Origin: Saccostrea cucullata
Lineage: Eukaryota
Length of the DNA: 64,000 bases
Direction of reading: 5' to 3'
Assembly (NCBI RefSeq): GCF_032062105.1
Contig: NW_026930139.1
Coordinates: 930,001 to 994,000 of the forward strand
The position numbers were made by a program, and so were the translations under genes. Under the pieces are notes generated by a model. That model saw nothing but the letters and a program-made list of their open reading frames with translations, did not search any database and was not told the DNA's origin. This document shows, in pieces, positions 43,128 through 56,300 of this stretch; within the stretch, counting starts at the first letter, position 1, and every line of letters begins with the position of its first letter.

Positions 43128-43949
43128 TTAATACCCAAGGATGGGAGGACAGGTTCTGAATTGTTTATTCTGTTACATTTCCCTGAAATAAGAAAAAATA
43201 TTAAATACAACATTATATGTATAATAATTTTAAAAATCACATAGAAAAAAAAGAAAGATAGAAAGAGGATCATAAAGGGCTTAGGCACTCAACAGTCAAA
43301 ATTTAAGAATGTATCATAGATTCAAAGATTTACAAAACACTTAAACAAAATAATTTTACCCATTTTTTTTTTTTACTGTTAAATCACAACTACATGTATA
43401 TTCCCATATCAAATCAGGTATGTTACACCTCTTACAGATAAGAGCGACCCGGAATAGCCACGCTGGACTTTACAGTCAGCAGTTCATGTAGCCGTGACAT
43501 TAGCACCTGTGACATGGACGGAAGCTTTGACACAACCCTGGCCACAATTGACCAGAAAAGGGGAGTCATATCCTCGCAAAACGCTCCTTAGAATTGTTTT
43601 TTACTTAACTTAATCAAATTCACACAATTCTTTTTAAAAAAAACTTACTATTTTGGGTTGTTAATGGATCGATGAAGGTACAAACCTTTACATTGTTGGA
43701 GAAACGACAAATCCTATTGGTTGAGAATTCACGATCGGTAACTCCAGTTCTACTTTCACTTTCCCGACACGTCGAAAGGCGAAAGGGGCGGACCTCGAAA
43801 TCCTCCAAGATTGTAAAATAAAAATTCTTGCAGATGTTTATTGCTAAAAAGTGGTAGAAGCCCTTTTGGAATTATCATGACCCATGTCTGTGTTGGGGGG
43901 GGGGGCAAAAAATTCCTTGTCTGATATTGGTTGAAGTTGATCTGAACTC

Positions 43950-43981
<32 letters not shown>

Positions 43982-45161
43982 ATTTAATTGAAATCCATAT
44001 AAAATTATAAATATATAGTGAACTTCGCTATCTTGAATTCCGCGAATATGTCGAAGTACTTGAGTTGAAAGCTCCAACAAAATTCTTTACTAAATTTACA
44101 CACATATGTCGTGGTTTATAAATAAGTACTTGAGATATGTAAAAAAAGCTTTTTTACATATCAACAAAATTCTTTACTAAATTTACATCCAACTCTCGGT
44201 TATTTCGAAGTTTTTTTTATGTTAAATTGTATGTCCAACCAAGTTTGAGTATATATCTACCGAATCATGAATGCAACTACTTATATATCATCAATGTCCT
44301 AGAATTTAAGGGGATATAATAAAAACATGCTTATCAAAAGAACCCAAGTTGCTTTTTAAACATTCTTGACAATGATGGAGGCTTTAAATGAATTTTCATT
44401 TTTTTAAAAAAAATTTTGGCACTAACAATTATAATCGATATATGGCAACATAATTCTATTTTCTTTTGCTATAAAATTATCAGCCCTTTAGTCAATGGTA
44501 CAATGAAATGATTTGGTGTGATAGCATAATGGTGTCATAATGATTGAGCATATTACTTCATGTCATTGCCATCACTGCACTTATACCTGCATTTAACATC
44601 TCTATATCTGGACGTTTTTACATCAATATTATCAATGTTTACATCCTTACACATTTTTGTAAAATTAAACCACAAAACAGCTGTAGAGATTTGACTTTTT
44701 TTAATTCATCGTTATTACACAAAAACTTTCCACTTTTACTTTGTAGAAACAAGGTATACTTAAAATCACTAAGGGAAATGCCAAATGTTAAGATGATGGA
44801 TGACAATTCCTTAAAGATTAAATTAAATTGTATTAATGTTACATGTACTGAACAAGTGAGAAAAGATTCTCATACTTTTTAACAGAAGCTGGTGAAACAA
44901 ATTAAGTTCTGTAATAAGACTATGCAGTATTTGGCACAACTTCAATCAAGTTACTGGTAAACACACAATAAAGATTGAAACCCTCCCCAAATTTTGAAAA
45001 ACACATTACAGGTATCTTTGCATTAGTTTGTCTCACTACTGCTAAGAATTTATACAATTAACAAAGGGAATGTCTTATAGCATCTACATTATCTCTAATG
45101 CAAGCATACAAACTCTAGCTCAAAAAATGTTAACAATATAAAAAGCTTGGCAGGAAATCAA

Positions 45162-45760
45162 AAAGAGGCCTATGGACCACAATGCTCACCTGAGTCAGTT
45201 GCCATGTTCTGTGTCAGACTTCCCCCCCAAGATACATGTATTCCTTTGTATTTTGATTGCCTTTTGTGGCCCCATCCTATACATAAGGGGCCCTGATTTT
45301 AACATTTATAGACCTACACTGTCAGAAGATGCTTTCACTTAAATATAGTTCATCATGGATTTTTCAATGAATTTCAAGGAGTTTTCCCCATGTATTCCCT
45401 ACTATGGCCCTGATCACATGGGGATTGTGATATGTATAATGTACATTCTATATAAGCCCAGAAAGCTTCCACAAGTTTTATCTTTTCTGGTCTAAGTAAT
45501 TCTCAAGAAGGTTTTTTTCCTGTCCCACCCTTTTTTTGCCTTTTCTTGATAATTTCCCCTTGGAAGGAGGCTTGGTCTTTTATGTTAACAATTTAGAATT
45601 CCCTTTACCCAGGGATGCTTTGTACCAACTTTGGTAAAATTGGCATTGTGGTTCTTGAGAAGTTAAAAAATGTGAAAAATTTACAGACATATGAACAGAC
45701 AGATGCCAGACACCATGTGATCAGAAAAGCTCACTCAAGCTTTCAGCTCAGGTGAGCCAA
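45162..45760 (+). mobile_element. Pearl/CvA-like element
   Basis: Head gaggcctatggaccacaatgctcacctgag, GACA microsatellite, tail tcagaaaagctcactcaagctttcagctcaggtgagc. Confidence 0.75.
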
Positions 45761-47340
45761 TCAGCCAGAGATGTCATAGATATAAACAACCATCTGCTTC
45801 ATTATTTCAGAGGGCTAGACGTTAAATACATTGAGATAGTGCTTCAAACATTGATATTTATATGTCCAGAGTAATTAATACACTATGCTCAAGTACATAT
45901 ACATGAACATTTTATCTCTTTTCATTTTGTTTTCAATTTACAATGTCTCATTAATGTTACTGCCTTCTTAAAAAATAAATATGTCAAACCTAAATTTGAA
46001 TGTACATTGCATTTTTCTGAGTAAATGTATATAAATACTGTTAGGCATTTCTGTCTATCTTAAATAATAACAATACATACTTCAATTAATAAAGTAACTA
46101 CATGTACTTAAATAATTTTTGGTCCAGCTTAAAAAAAATCAAATATTACAGTTTTTAAACTTGCACCTACACTGTACATGATTTATAATGGTTACATGTA
46201 TTTTCTCAGTTGAATAATTTAAAACACTCACATGTTAAATTTGAAGTGTTTAAATTACTAAAAAAAGAAAACCAAGTTAAAGAACATATATATATATTCA
46301 TTTAACCTTGAGAAAAATCAATAACACTTTCAGGAGAGACTTAATAATAACTGAAGAAACACCACACAATGACAGTCAACAATACAAAATTAACAAGCCT
46401 GAGATCACCTCAGATTATTGTGACATCATCACAAAAACTGATGATGTCATCAAGTAGACACCTCATTCATCACATAAATGGAACACATGATCTCACACAT
46501 TCACATCTCACATTCACATAAAAATTCTCAAGTTTTCATCATAGTTCAAACATACTTCTGCAAATCTTACAAATCTCAAATACACACACTCTGAAAACAC
46601 TGAACACCTTATAACAAGCATGTACACAAATTTTATCTGTAAACTATAAGAAAATGTATCATTGGTAAGTCATTGAAAACATGTACCAGAATACTGAAAC
46701 AGAATAATCTAGTACAGATTATCCTTAGACATTTACCGTCAACAGTCGTAAGGACCATAATGCTGACGTGAAACACGTGTGTCCGAAAAAAGTTATCTTC
46801 ACAACAAAAATTCTCAATGAAATGCATTTTTGTGGCTTTTAAATATATATAACATTTATTTAGATACATCATTTATATGAATGAGCATAAATGTATTTCT
46901 GAATATTAATTTTAGTAATTAGTACATTATATGTTGATCAATTTCTTAATTTAGCAATAATTTCCTAAAACGGTACTAAATAGAATAAACAGCCAACTGC
47001 ATCAATTCAGTACCCCAGTACATGATTGCACCCTACCATCCATCAGAAAAATTGACTTCTGCCTTGACTAAGGTAGGCAATTATCAAAAATAATCTGAAG
47101 GAGGTTCAAGTAAATCACAAAAAAATAATTCAGCACTTCTGTGTGTGAAACAGCAACATAAATTACATACATGTATATCACTGAAAGAAAGGGTTTGTAA
47201 TCACTAAAAACATTTAACATAAGCTGGTGATTCTGCATACCACTCCCTCCAACATGAAAAACAAACTGACATTTTATCAGTAATGGTTACCGTCCATCAG
47301 TTTTTCACTGTCTTTAACTGTCAGATACAAGTAGGTGAAC

Positions 47341-50300
47341 TTAAGATGATGGCATCTGTGGCACCACATTGGCAGTAGTGTGTGGTTCATAGTTGACTAG
47401 TCTCTGCCCCACCAGATATCTACAAATATACAAATACATATAACAGATGTATGATCAAACAATAACAAGAGACCCACAGGCCACAACATTAGCCTGAGTC
47501 ACATAAAAATGAAATTTTAACAAGCCATGAAGTAAAATTCCCCAGTTTCAATAATTTAGAATTGCAGCTCCTTGTGGTGAAAAATTTAACAACTTGGACC
47601 TTTGTAGTTCTCATAGAATCATAAACACATACTGTTTAATATCATGTCTCAGGATGACTATAACAAGCTAAAACAAATCTTACTTGTCATTTTTGATGTG
47701 CTCATAAAGTCTTTTAAATTGGCGAATTTGGAATATAAGGATCAGTACACCAATTATGCAGGCAAGAAGGAATGGGTAAATTCTTCTTAAAACCAAATTT
47801 TCAACTTCAAATGGAAAACCTAAATTTAAAAAAAATTGAAATATTAAAAACAGATTTTTTTCTCCCAGAAGATCTCAGAATAAATCCTTATTTGTTACAT
47901 TGTTGAATTAATTAATGAAAGTAATCAAACACATGGTACATGAAAATGGTGTAAAAACTTTACAATGCAGACATACTGTTTAAAGCAAAGAGCTATCCTA
48001 CCTAAGAAAGGGACTATACTCCTGGCTACCACATACGGAACAGATATTGACATTCCTAGCACCCCAATAACAGGGGCACATAACTTTGTCAGGATAAAAC
48101 GAAGGTTCATGTTACGAATGCCATCATTATACACCTGAAACAGAACGTATAAACATGCATTTATAATCATAAACTCCTAGTGAATGTTATCTTGCTCGAC
48201 ATTAGATGTGAGCACCACTTACCTGTTCTATGACCCTTTTGAGCCACCACTGAGGCCCCATCATTGTCACAGCAGTCACTATTTTGGCATGAAGTACACC
48301 AAGTGCCCAGTCCTATATAATGTGGAGAAAAAATATCAAAGAATGCTTGCAAAAAGCAGGATTAAATTTATGTTTGTCTTTAAGATAGAAAACATGTATA
48401 ACAAGCAATTTGTACATATTTTAAAGACAACAATCATTCTTACCTGCCATGGAAAAAATATGGGAGTTTGGTCGAGAGGTACTCGAAGTGGTGCTACCAC
48501 TACCAGTTCAAACAATAGACCCAGTAATAATGGCACCATTCCAATCAACAGGAAAGCCACAAGAATACATTTAGAAGCCTAAATAAAACAAAGATACAAT
48601 ATTCAATCTTTCTGGCACAAATAAAAATATCCCCCATCCCACTGAAAGAAAAATTAATGGGTGTTCAACCCTTCTCAGAAAAATCTTTTTATAATTCCAG
48701 TAGTTGTATATGTACATGAATTTTCTCTTTCTTTCATTTTTAAAGAGGACACTGTTTGGCACATATGTACATGAACTTGGTAAAAACATACCAGGAAGAC
48801 CCACTCTTTGACCTTGTTGAGAATAACTGAGGTGCCCTGGGGGATCCAATTATATAAAACTGTCCCTATCCTCAACACCACCCAACAGACATACAGACCA
48901 CAGGCGGCCGTGTAAAGCTCGTGGATCTTGGCTTCTCCCATCCAGAGGGACATCAGCTTACGACCCACAAATACTGTCATAGAAATATATATCATAAGCA
49001 ATGAGCAAAACATTCAAACAACAAAGTACTCATTAAAGTAATGAATAGTTAATTCCAATCTTACACATAGTAACATATGGTATACTGACCTGGCAATACT
49101 AAGGAAACCAAACTCATAGCAAACAAAGTGAAACATAAACAGAGGACAAGGAGCACAACCTAAAGTAATAAAGCATGGTTTATTAATAACAATGGAGAAT
49201 CTAGAAAAGTGGCATCATTTGTTCCTCAAGATTTTAAATATCTACAGTAGTGGATTGCAAAAATAAAGGCAATCATAACCTCCCATGAGGCATATTCTTA
49301 ATATCAATTGTAATTTTTTCAAAAATCTTACTCTGAGTGGGAAAAGTGGTGGTCTTTTATAAGACTGGAATCCTGTAGGTCCCCCACCCTGTAACATGGC
49401 GACATGGGCGGCTCTCAGTCCCCCACCTGCAGGGGGTGGGGCAGGGTTATTGGGTGCCGCAGGCTGGGCCTGGACAGCTGGTTCACCCTCAACCACATTG
49501 TCCTAAAATGTTACAAATAAATATCATTAATACTTATTAATAGGTGATGTTATAAGCAGTCAGTATCACTCCGCATAAATGGAAACAGTTTACAGCATAT
49601 GTGAAAGTCTCTATATAGCAATATTCTTGCATACTTTAACAATATACACTTTACCAAACCACAGTATACTTGCTCCACAATTATATTAAATAACTGAAGT
49701 AAAAAAAAAAATGCAAGTCTATGCTTCTCCTTTTACAGTGAAATTCATTTTTTTTATTTCAGTGAAGATAGCACAATCATATTACCCCATCATGTAGTGG
49801 TGCATCTCCTAACAGGTATGACCTCAAACCCAGAAAATAAGCCACGCCCACAGTCCAGCCCCGTATCAACCCCTTCAGCCACATCCGCGTGTGTCCCTGC
49901 TCCAGTAAGGCAGGCAGCACTACTTGTAACAGAAGGAGCTCTAGGGAGAGTTCACTGACAGGGGCATCACTGAAACAAAACAGATACTCTGTAAACTCCT
50001 TATTAGAAGTTATCAACAATAGTTGTCCAGACAGGTACTTTAAAATTCAGTCTACCAGGAAATATTGACCAACTGAATCAAATAATGTATCAGTGTGTAC
50101 CTTGACAACATGACATGGTAAGGTAGAAATGATGTTAAGACTTTCCTAATGACTCGGGCAGGCAACCATAACATTAATAGAACTGTGCTTCCAAAGATCA
50201 CCTAAAAACAAAAAATACCGGTAATGGGTGTGTAGACAGATTGCTGGAATAAAAGGCTTGACATGGAATAAAATATTCACTGCTCACAAGAGTACTTACA

Positions 50301-53300
50301 ACAGAGGCCAAAAATCTCCTGGCATGCCTGTACACTGGTAGGTGTATCATCTACAAGAAGATAATCAAATACCATTCTAAGAATTTCTTTACTCTTTCAT
50401 GAGTCAATCATTCAACATTAATAAACATAGAAAAGCTGAATGGAAAATGTTTTTTTAAATTATAAACTAAGATTTATATTTACTTGTGAGCCAAAAAAAA
50501 AATAGGAGCAGAAGTATTTGCTCTAACCCTGTCCTTAACAGATAAAATGACAAAGAGCTTTGCAACTCAAAGTCTAACTTTATAACCAATGAGGAATGTG
50601 TGTATGTTCCATCTGGTTCTTACATATATATTGTACTATTTACTCTGAGTTATGAGGACAGTGTTGATTTCCTACCTCCTGTATGGGATTGAACTCTGGG
50701 TCATTCAGGTTTCTGAGGAACCATAGGACCCCTGGTCTGAGGACCTCCCTCAGGAGAAGAATGAAGGAGGCAAAATAGAAAACATACACCATCCCCACCA
50801 ACCAGTGGATAAACATGGAGGTCCCCGGGGCTGCATGGAAGCTGTTCTTCCTGTCCTTCAAGGTAGCATCAAACATCGACTGCAAAAAACAAAGAAATAT
50901 TAACATAACAGTTCTGTTCCTTTAATTCTCAACAAATGATGGTACAGTGGCTTCCACTTAATCAGATAGCGGTTAAACGAATATTTCGGCTATTCCAATA
51001 TAATATCAGAGTACAAAACCACTTCTTATATATTTATTAATAATTTATCAATAATAATAATTAATAATCAGAATGATATTCTGATAAGAAAATAGCAGAA
51101 TTTCGTTTTATCTGATACAAAAATTTGACCATCGTAGTATTTTTTCAAAATTGTGACCTTATTCACACCTCTAACTTCCCTAGCCTTCGTTTACACTGTC
51201 TGACACCTTGAGTACGATAATGAGGGGATCAGTTACAGCTGAACACACGCAGTCACCTTACCTGTGTTAATAATTGGCACACTAGATTGATATGTTTTGA
51301 TACAGTTATGATGATCAGCTTGGGTTTAAATTACTTTTCAGTGATGTACTCGATAATTATGATAATTGTTTGCAATTTTTTCCAAAGTTAGATATCAATT
51401 ACTGAACGTATTAGCTTGTGTATGACAATTTGCTGGGACACTGAAATGCATCATAGTTACAGGACTATTGACTTGAGAATTGTCACAAACAGTATTAAAT
51501 ACATAACCATATTAAAGAAACAAATAAAACAAAACAATTTAATATTTTTGTTTAATATTACTGTACCATTTATCCGGGGAAAAATAAATTACAGAATAAA
51601 GTCAGGCATTTAGTCTACTTCCATTTCCAAAATGGCGGCCATCGAAGAAGGAATGTTAATATGTGCTGATTAAAGATGGCAATAACTCTTAAAAAACATC
51701 TTTTGTAAAAGTCATTTTATTAGAAAAATGTTATCACATTAAATTAATAAGTAAGTTTAACATCTTAATTTAGGAGAATCGCCAGGTAAAGTAATCAAAC
51801 GAAACGAAAGTGCAAGTTTGAAATTTGCTACGATGTATTGTCAATACATGTAGCTCTATACATCGTTGTTTGGACTTGAAATGGAACAATCGGCTATTCG
51901 AATATTCGGCTATATTGATAACAGAAGGCTGACAAATTTACTATTGGATTAAGCGGGATCCACTGTAATATCTTCTAAATGTATATAGCTGTGGTAATAT
52001 CTAACATATTACATTTATTTTCATTCTTACCAAGGAACAAATATCCAGCCACCAGCCACAAATGACAGGAAACACGCCCACTTCTATAACAACTAGAAGC
52101 ATCACTTTGACAACCACATAACAAAGGCCAAGCACTCTGCGGAACCTGTGCAATCAGAAATACAACTTGAGTTTCATATATTTATGTGACATTTTTTAGT
52201 CATAAAATAGTAGAAACTTTTTAAATTATGTTTTGAAAATGTAAATGCTTACTTTGAATTTCAGATTATAATTTACACAGCTTACTTTCTAAGTTTGGCT
52301 ATGGAACACATCATGTAGAGAACAATAAGAGAAGCTGAGATGACAATGTATCCAATCATGGTAGTCAGAAGGCCCTCAAAGTGGGTGGATTCCACCTGTA
52401 ATAAAGAAGTTAGGTGAGACAAAGCAGTCCATTAGTATGTACCTACCGGTGTACACTGTCACTGACACAAAGTACTTACCATGTCATCCATCTTCATTCC
52501 AACCATGGTGAAGTGTCCAATGTGGTAGGGACAAAAAGCTATAAATAAGTGTACCAGTAAATAAAAGATATATACAGTTGTTATTAACATGTACCAATGT
52601 TGTCACGGTTTTCAAAGAATCAATTAAATGTTGTTTTTTTTTCAAATATCTATTGAAGATGTGGAAAAGATTAAAATCATGTACATCTTGTAAGGTATTA
52701 AAATTGTTTTAGTTTAATGACTTCCCTTTGATTTAATATCTACTCACCAAACACTAGTATAAATAAAGTATTCAAAGACACCACCCAGAAAACATGTTCC
52801 TGCAAATAGACACCATACAGCAAATAATAAACTAATTTTCAGATCCATGTTAAAAAGTAAAGTATACTTTGCAGTATAAGAAAATGATGTTACCAGAAAA
52901 ACAAGTGAGCCGTCTAATCCCAGAAGTCGCTCCCATGTCAATTCCTCAGCTGCCCGATCCCATTCAATAGGATTCCAATTATTGTCATCTATGAAATAAA
53001 TTAGCTACATTGTATAATCAATACACTGTATCAAAAATTCACATGCTGTGAAATCACTGTTTTCATCCGTTTTAGTTTTTGATGATTTTATGGTATGAAG
53101 AAACCCCATCTTATCATGTCCCCCATGAAATGATAAAATTTTATACAGAGTAAAAAGTCAATCCTCCACCCACAAAATAAAATCCCTTGAACCAATTTTT
53201 GTTTTAAACTTTGAAACCACAAAAATAGATGATTTTATAGTGTTTTACCAAGGAAAGGAAATACATATTTTGGGATTCCAATTGTGCTCAATGAAACTAA

Positions 53301-56300
53301 ATTTGAATATGCATTACTAGAGGATGCAAGACATTATTATGATAAACTGTAGCCATACTCTTAAAAAAGATTTGGCTTGCAAGTGTATCTATCAAAAAGA
53401 TTCTCCACCTCTTTCAATATTTTTACTGTATTTGCCCTACCTTGTGCCCCATTATTTCCATTGTTTGCCCCATCCACTCCTTCAGCCCCATCTTCCTCTT
53501 GCTCCTCCTCATTGGCTGCAGCCTGACCTACATCTCCTCCCCCTTCTCCTCCTCCTTCATTGTTAGCCTCATTCTGATTGGCTACAGGTGCTCTAGCTCC
53601 ACCTCCTCCTAATCCAACAAGGTCATTGAGGACAACCCCATCCAGAGGGTTCTGTAGAAGATAAAATTGTTACATGTACTTATTATGTGTACCATGTTTT
53701 TTTTCCTGTGAGCTCTCATTGTCTTTATCTTAGAGTAACATGTACAAAGATGCCTTAACCTATGAACCTTAAGAAATTCACTCATCATCTCTTGCTTTGA
53801 TGCATCCTGAATTGAATTTGAGTAAAGGTTAGAAAAAACGATACATCAGTATATGTATATGCACAGTCCTCGTTTACACTGTTATTTTAGCATGTTTAGG
53901 TTGTCTATGGGCTATAACTTTTTTGTTATAGCTATTTTGTTAATTACCCTGTTGTTATTTACGTATTGTTTTTTACGTACCCTATTGTTATTTCTTCGTT
54001 GATTGTCCTGTTCCAGCCAGTCAGGGCCTCCTCCGTGTAAAATCTGCTCTCTGAGCCAAACCAGGCTGATGAAAGCACACAGTGTACATGTCACCACAAA
54101 ACACCCATGGAAACAATCTGAGGCTAAGTTCTCACTGAAACAACATACAAACAAGGCAATTAAGGGGATACATTCCTCAATTTTTGACTCTTTATACTGT
54201 AAATCACATTCGTATGACTTTATTTTATGCATTGCAAAATCATTTCATTTATTTGTAATTCAAAGGCAATGCATTTATTTGCAATAAATTGGGTTAGCAA
54301 ATTTAAATTAACAAGAACTTAATGTATAAAGCTTTTGTGAGTAAAATGAGATTAAACAATGGTTTTCTATCAGCTAACCCTATAAGTATAACCAGGTGAG
54401 ATTAAAAATATATATGCATCTGATAGTTATATCTCACAGGCCTTTAGATTGCTTAGAAAAAAAATTGAGGTGTTGAAAAAAAAAAAATAAAGGTATAAAC
54501 TCTGTATATAGGGTACCTAAAAAAGCCAATAAAATTCTTTTAAATCAGATGATTTACAATTTTACTTTTTATCCATATCTATTTATATATAAACACTTTT
54601 CATTACTACTAAATTTCATTCTGTAATTCCTTATACTAATAAAATATTACTGAAATCAATTAAAAGTTGACCTTAATTTTTTTTACTCGACATCAGCTTG
54701 GGCCTTCGCAGAGGGCTACACTAATTTTTAAGCGGGAACGTGTGTAGTGAAAATTTTCCTCCGAAGTTTATTCAGTAAACTCAATGATATTTGCTCATTT
54801 GCATTCGAGCTTTACATGGATTTTCTCTAATTTGATCATATGATCTTACTAAGTCACAAACAACATTTTAGCGGTCTAGTTGTTTTGAAAATCGAAAGGT
54901 ATTTAATGCATTCCGGGAAAAAATCGTTCGACCATAGCTTCTTTTACATTCATAATCAACATGGCGGTGTAGTTTGATGCAAACGTTTTCAAGTTAATTT
55001 TTCGCGAAAGGAATTAATACAGACTTAACCTTACAATTCGGAGTAAGAAATCAACTTTAAAATGTTGAAAGATCTTGCAAATACTATGCAACTCTTCGCT
55101 GCATTTCAAACACCGTCTGTTTACATGCGAATGGCTAGGGGCCCAAGCTAATGTCGAGTAAAAGAAAGTAGGTCATTTTTGAGATTGATTTCAGAATATC
55201 TCGAGAAAAATATGGAATTTCGGAATGAGCTTCTGGTAGAAATGAAGAATGTTTATATATGAATAAATTTAAATAGAAAGTAGAATTTTAGAGCATGTGA
55301 ATAAAAAATATTTTATTAGCGCAATTTGGTTACCGGTGTAAGAGTTCAGTACCTTTATTTTTTTTTTCACACAATTTTTTTTTTCAAGCGATCCAAAAGC
55401 CTGTGTTTTGTCTATATAAGTATATAGTACTCAAAATGTAGTACTTACGTGGATAACATATCTAGAGGTAAGGTTAGCAATGAACTGACAGATCCTGTGA
55501 ATAAACATCTGTATATACGACCTAAAAAAGAGAAAATTTACACATTAATATAAAAAGGGCCTTACAAATAATTCACAAGAGATATATACAGTAAATTAGT
55601 AATAGACATTAGTTTATTATTAAATTCTTCTGAAGCAGTGAAATATCACATTAAAGTCAAATATTCATAAACATAATAAAATTTTACTTATAATAAAAGT
55701 GAACTTTCTTTGTCTTACAATGTATGTCTTTTTCTTTACTTACATGCAGTAAGGGGAACAACTCCGAGCCAGGCGAAGGCCACCAGTGTGTAGTGAAACC
55801 AGTACCTCACGGCCCTCCCAATACTGGACAGTAATCCCCCAAATATGTCCTTAATTGGCAATCTCTTTGGCATATCAGGGGAATATACTGAAATAAAAAT
55901 AGATCAAGAAATGGGGATAAAAAAATAATAAAATGATTTGATATTGGACATATTACCACATAAAAATTTTCACCTGCAAAGCATTGAAAAACAGCTGGCA
56001 GTCAGGCTTCACATTAAACCAATGAAAATGTAAGATTTCAGTGTAAGGGAATTAAATTAAAAGTTTATCAAGATCATCCTGGATGCACAGATGATATTTA
56101 GAAATTGTTGTCCTAAGAATTTCCAAATGGATACTTACTTGGGGTGAAGGCAAATCTGTGTTTACATAATTCACAATATTCTTTTCTACTGTATTTAAGC
56201 CACTGCACCAAGCTGAAAATGAACAAAATCAGATGTTATATGGCCCACAATGCTCAGGTATGTCAAATGACTTCCTCTCTGAAAATTATAATATACATGA

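Noticed and set aside
54435-55405. Transib/RAG-like assignment from CAC..GTG termini
   Set aside because: No 5-bp TSD, no nonamer-like motif, termini uncertain and no ORF.
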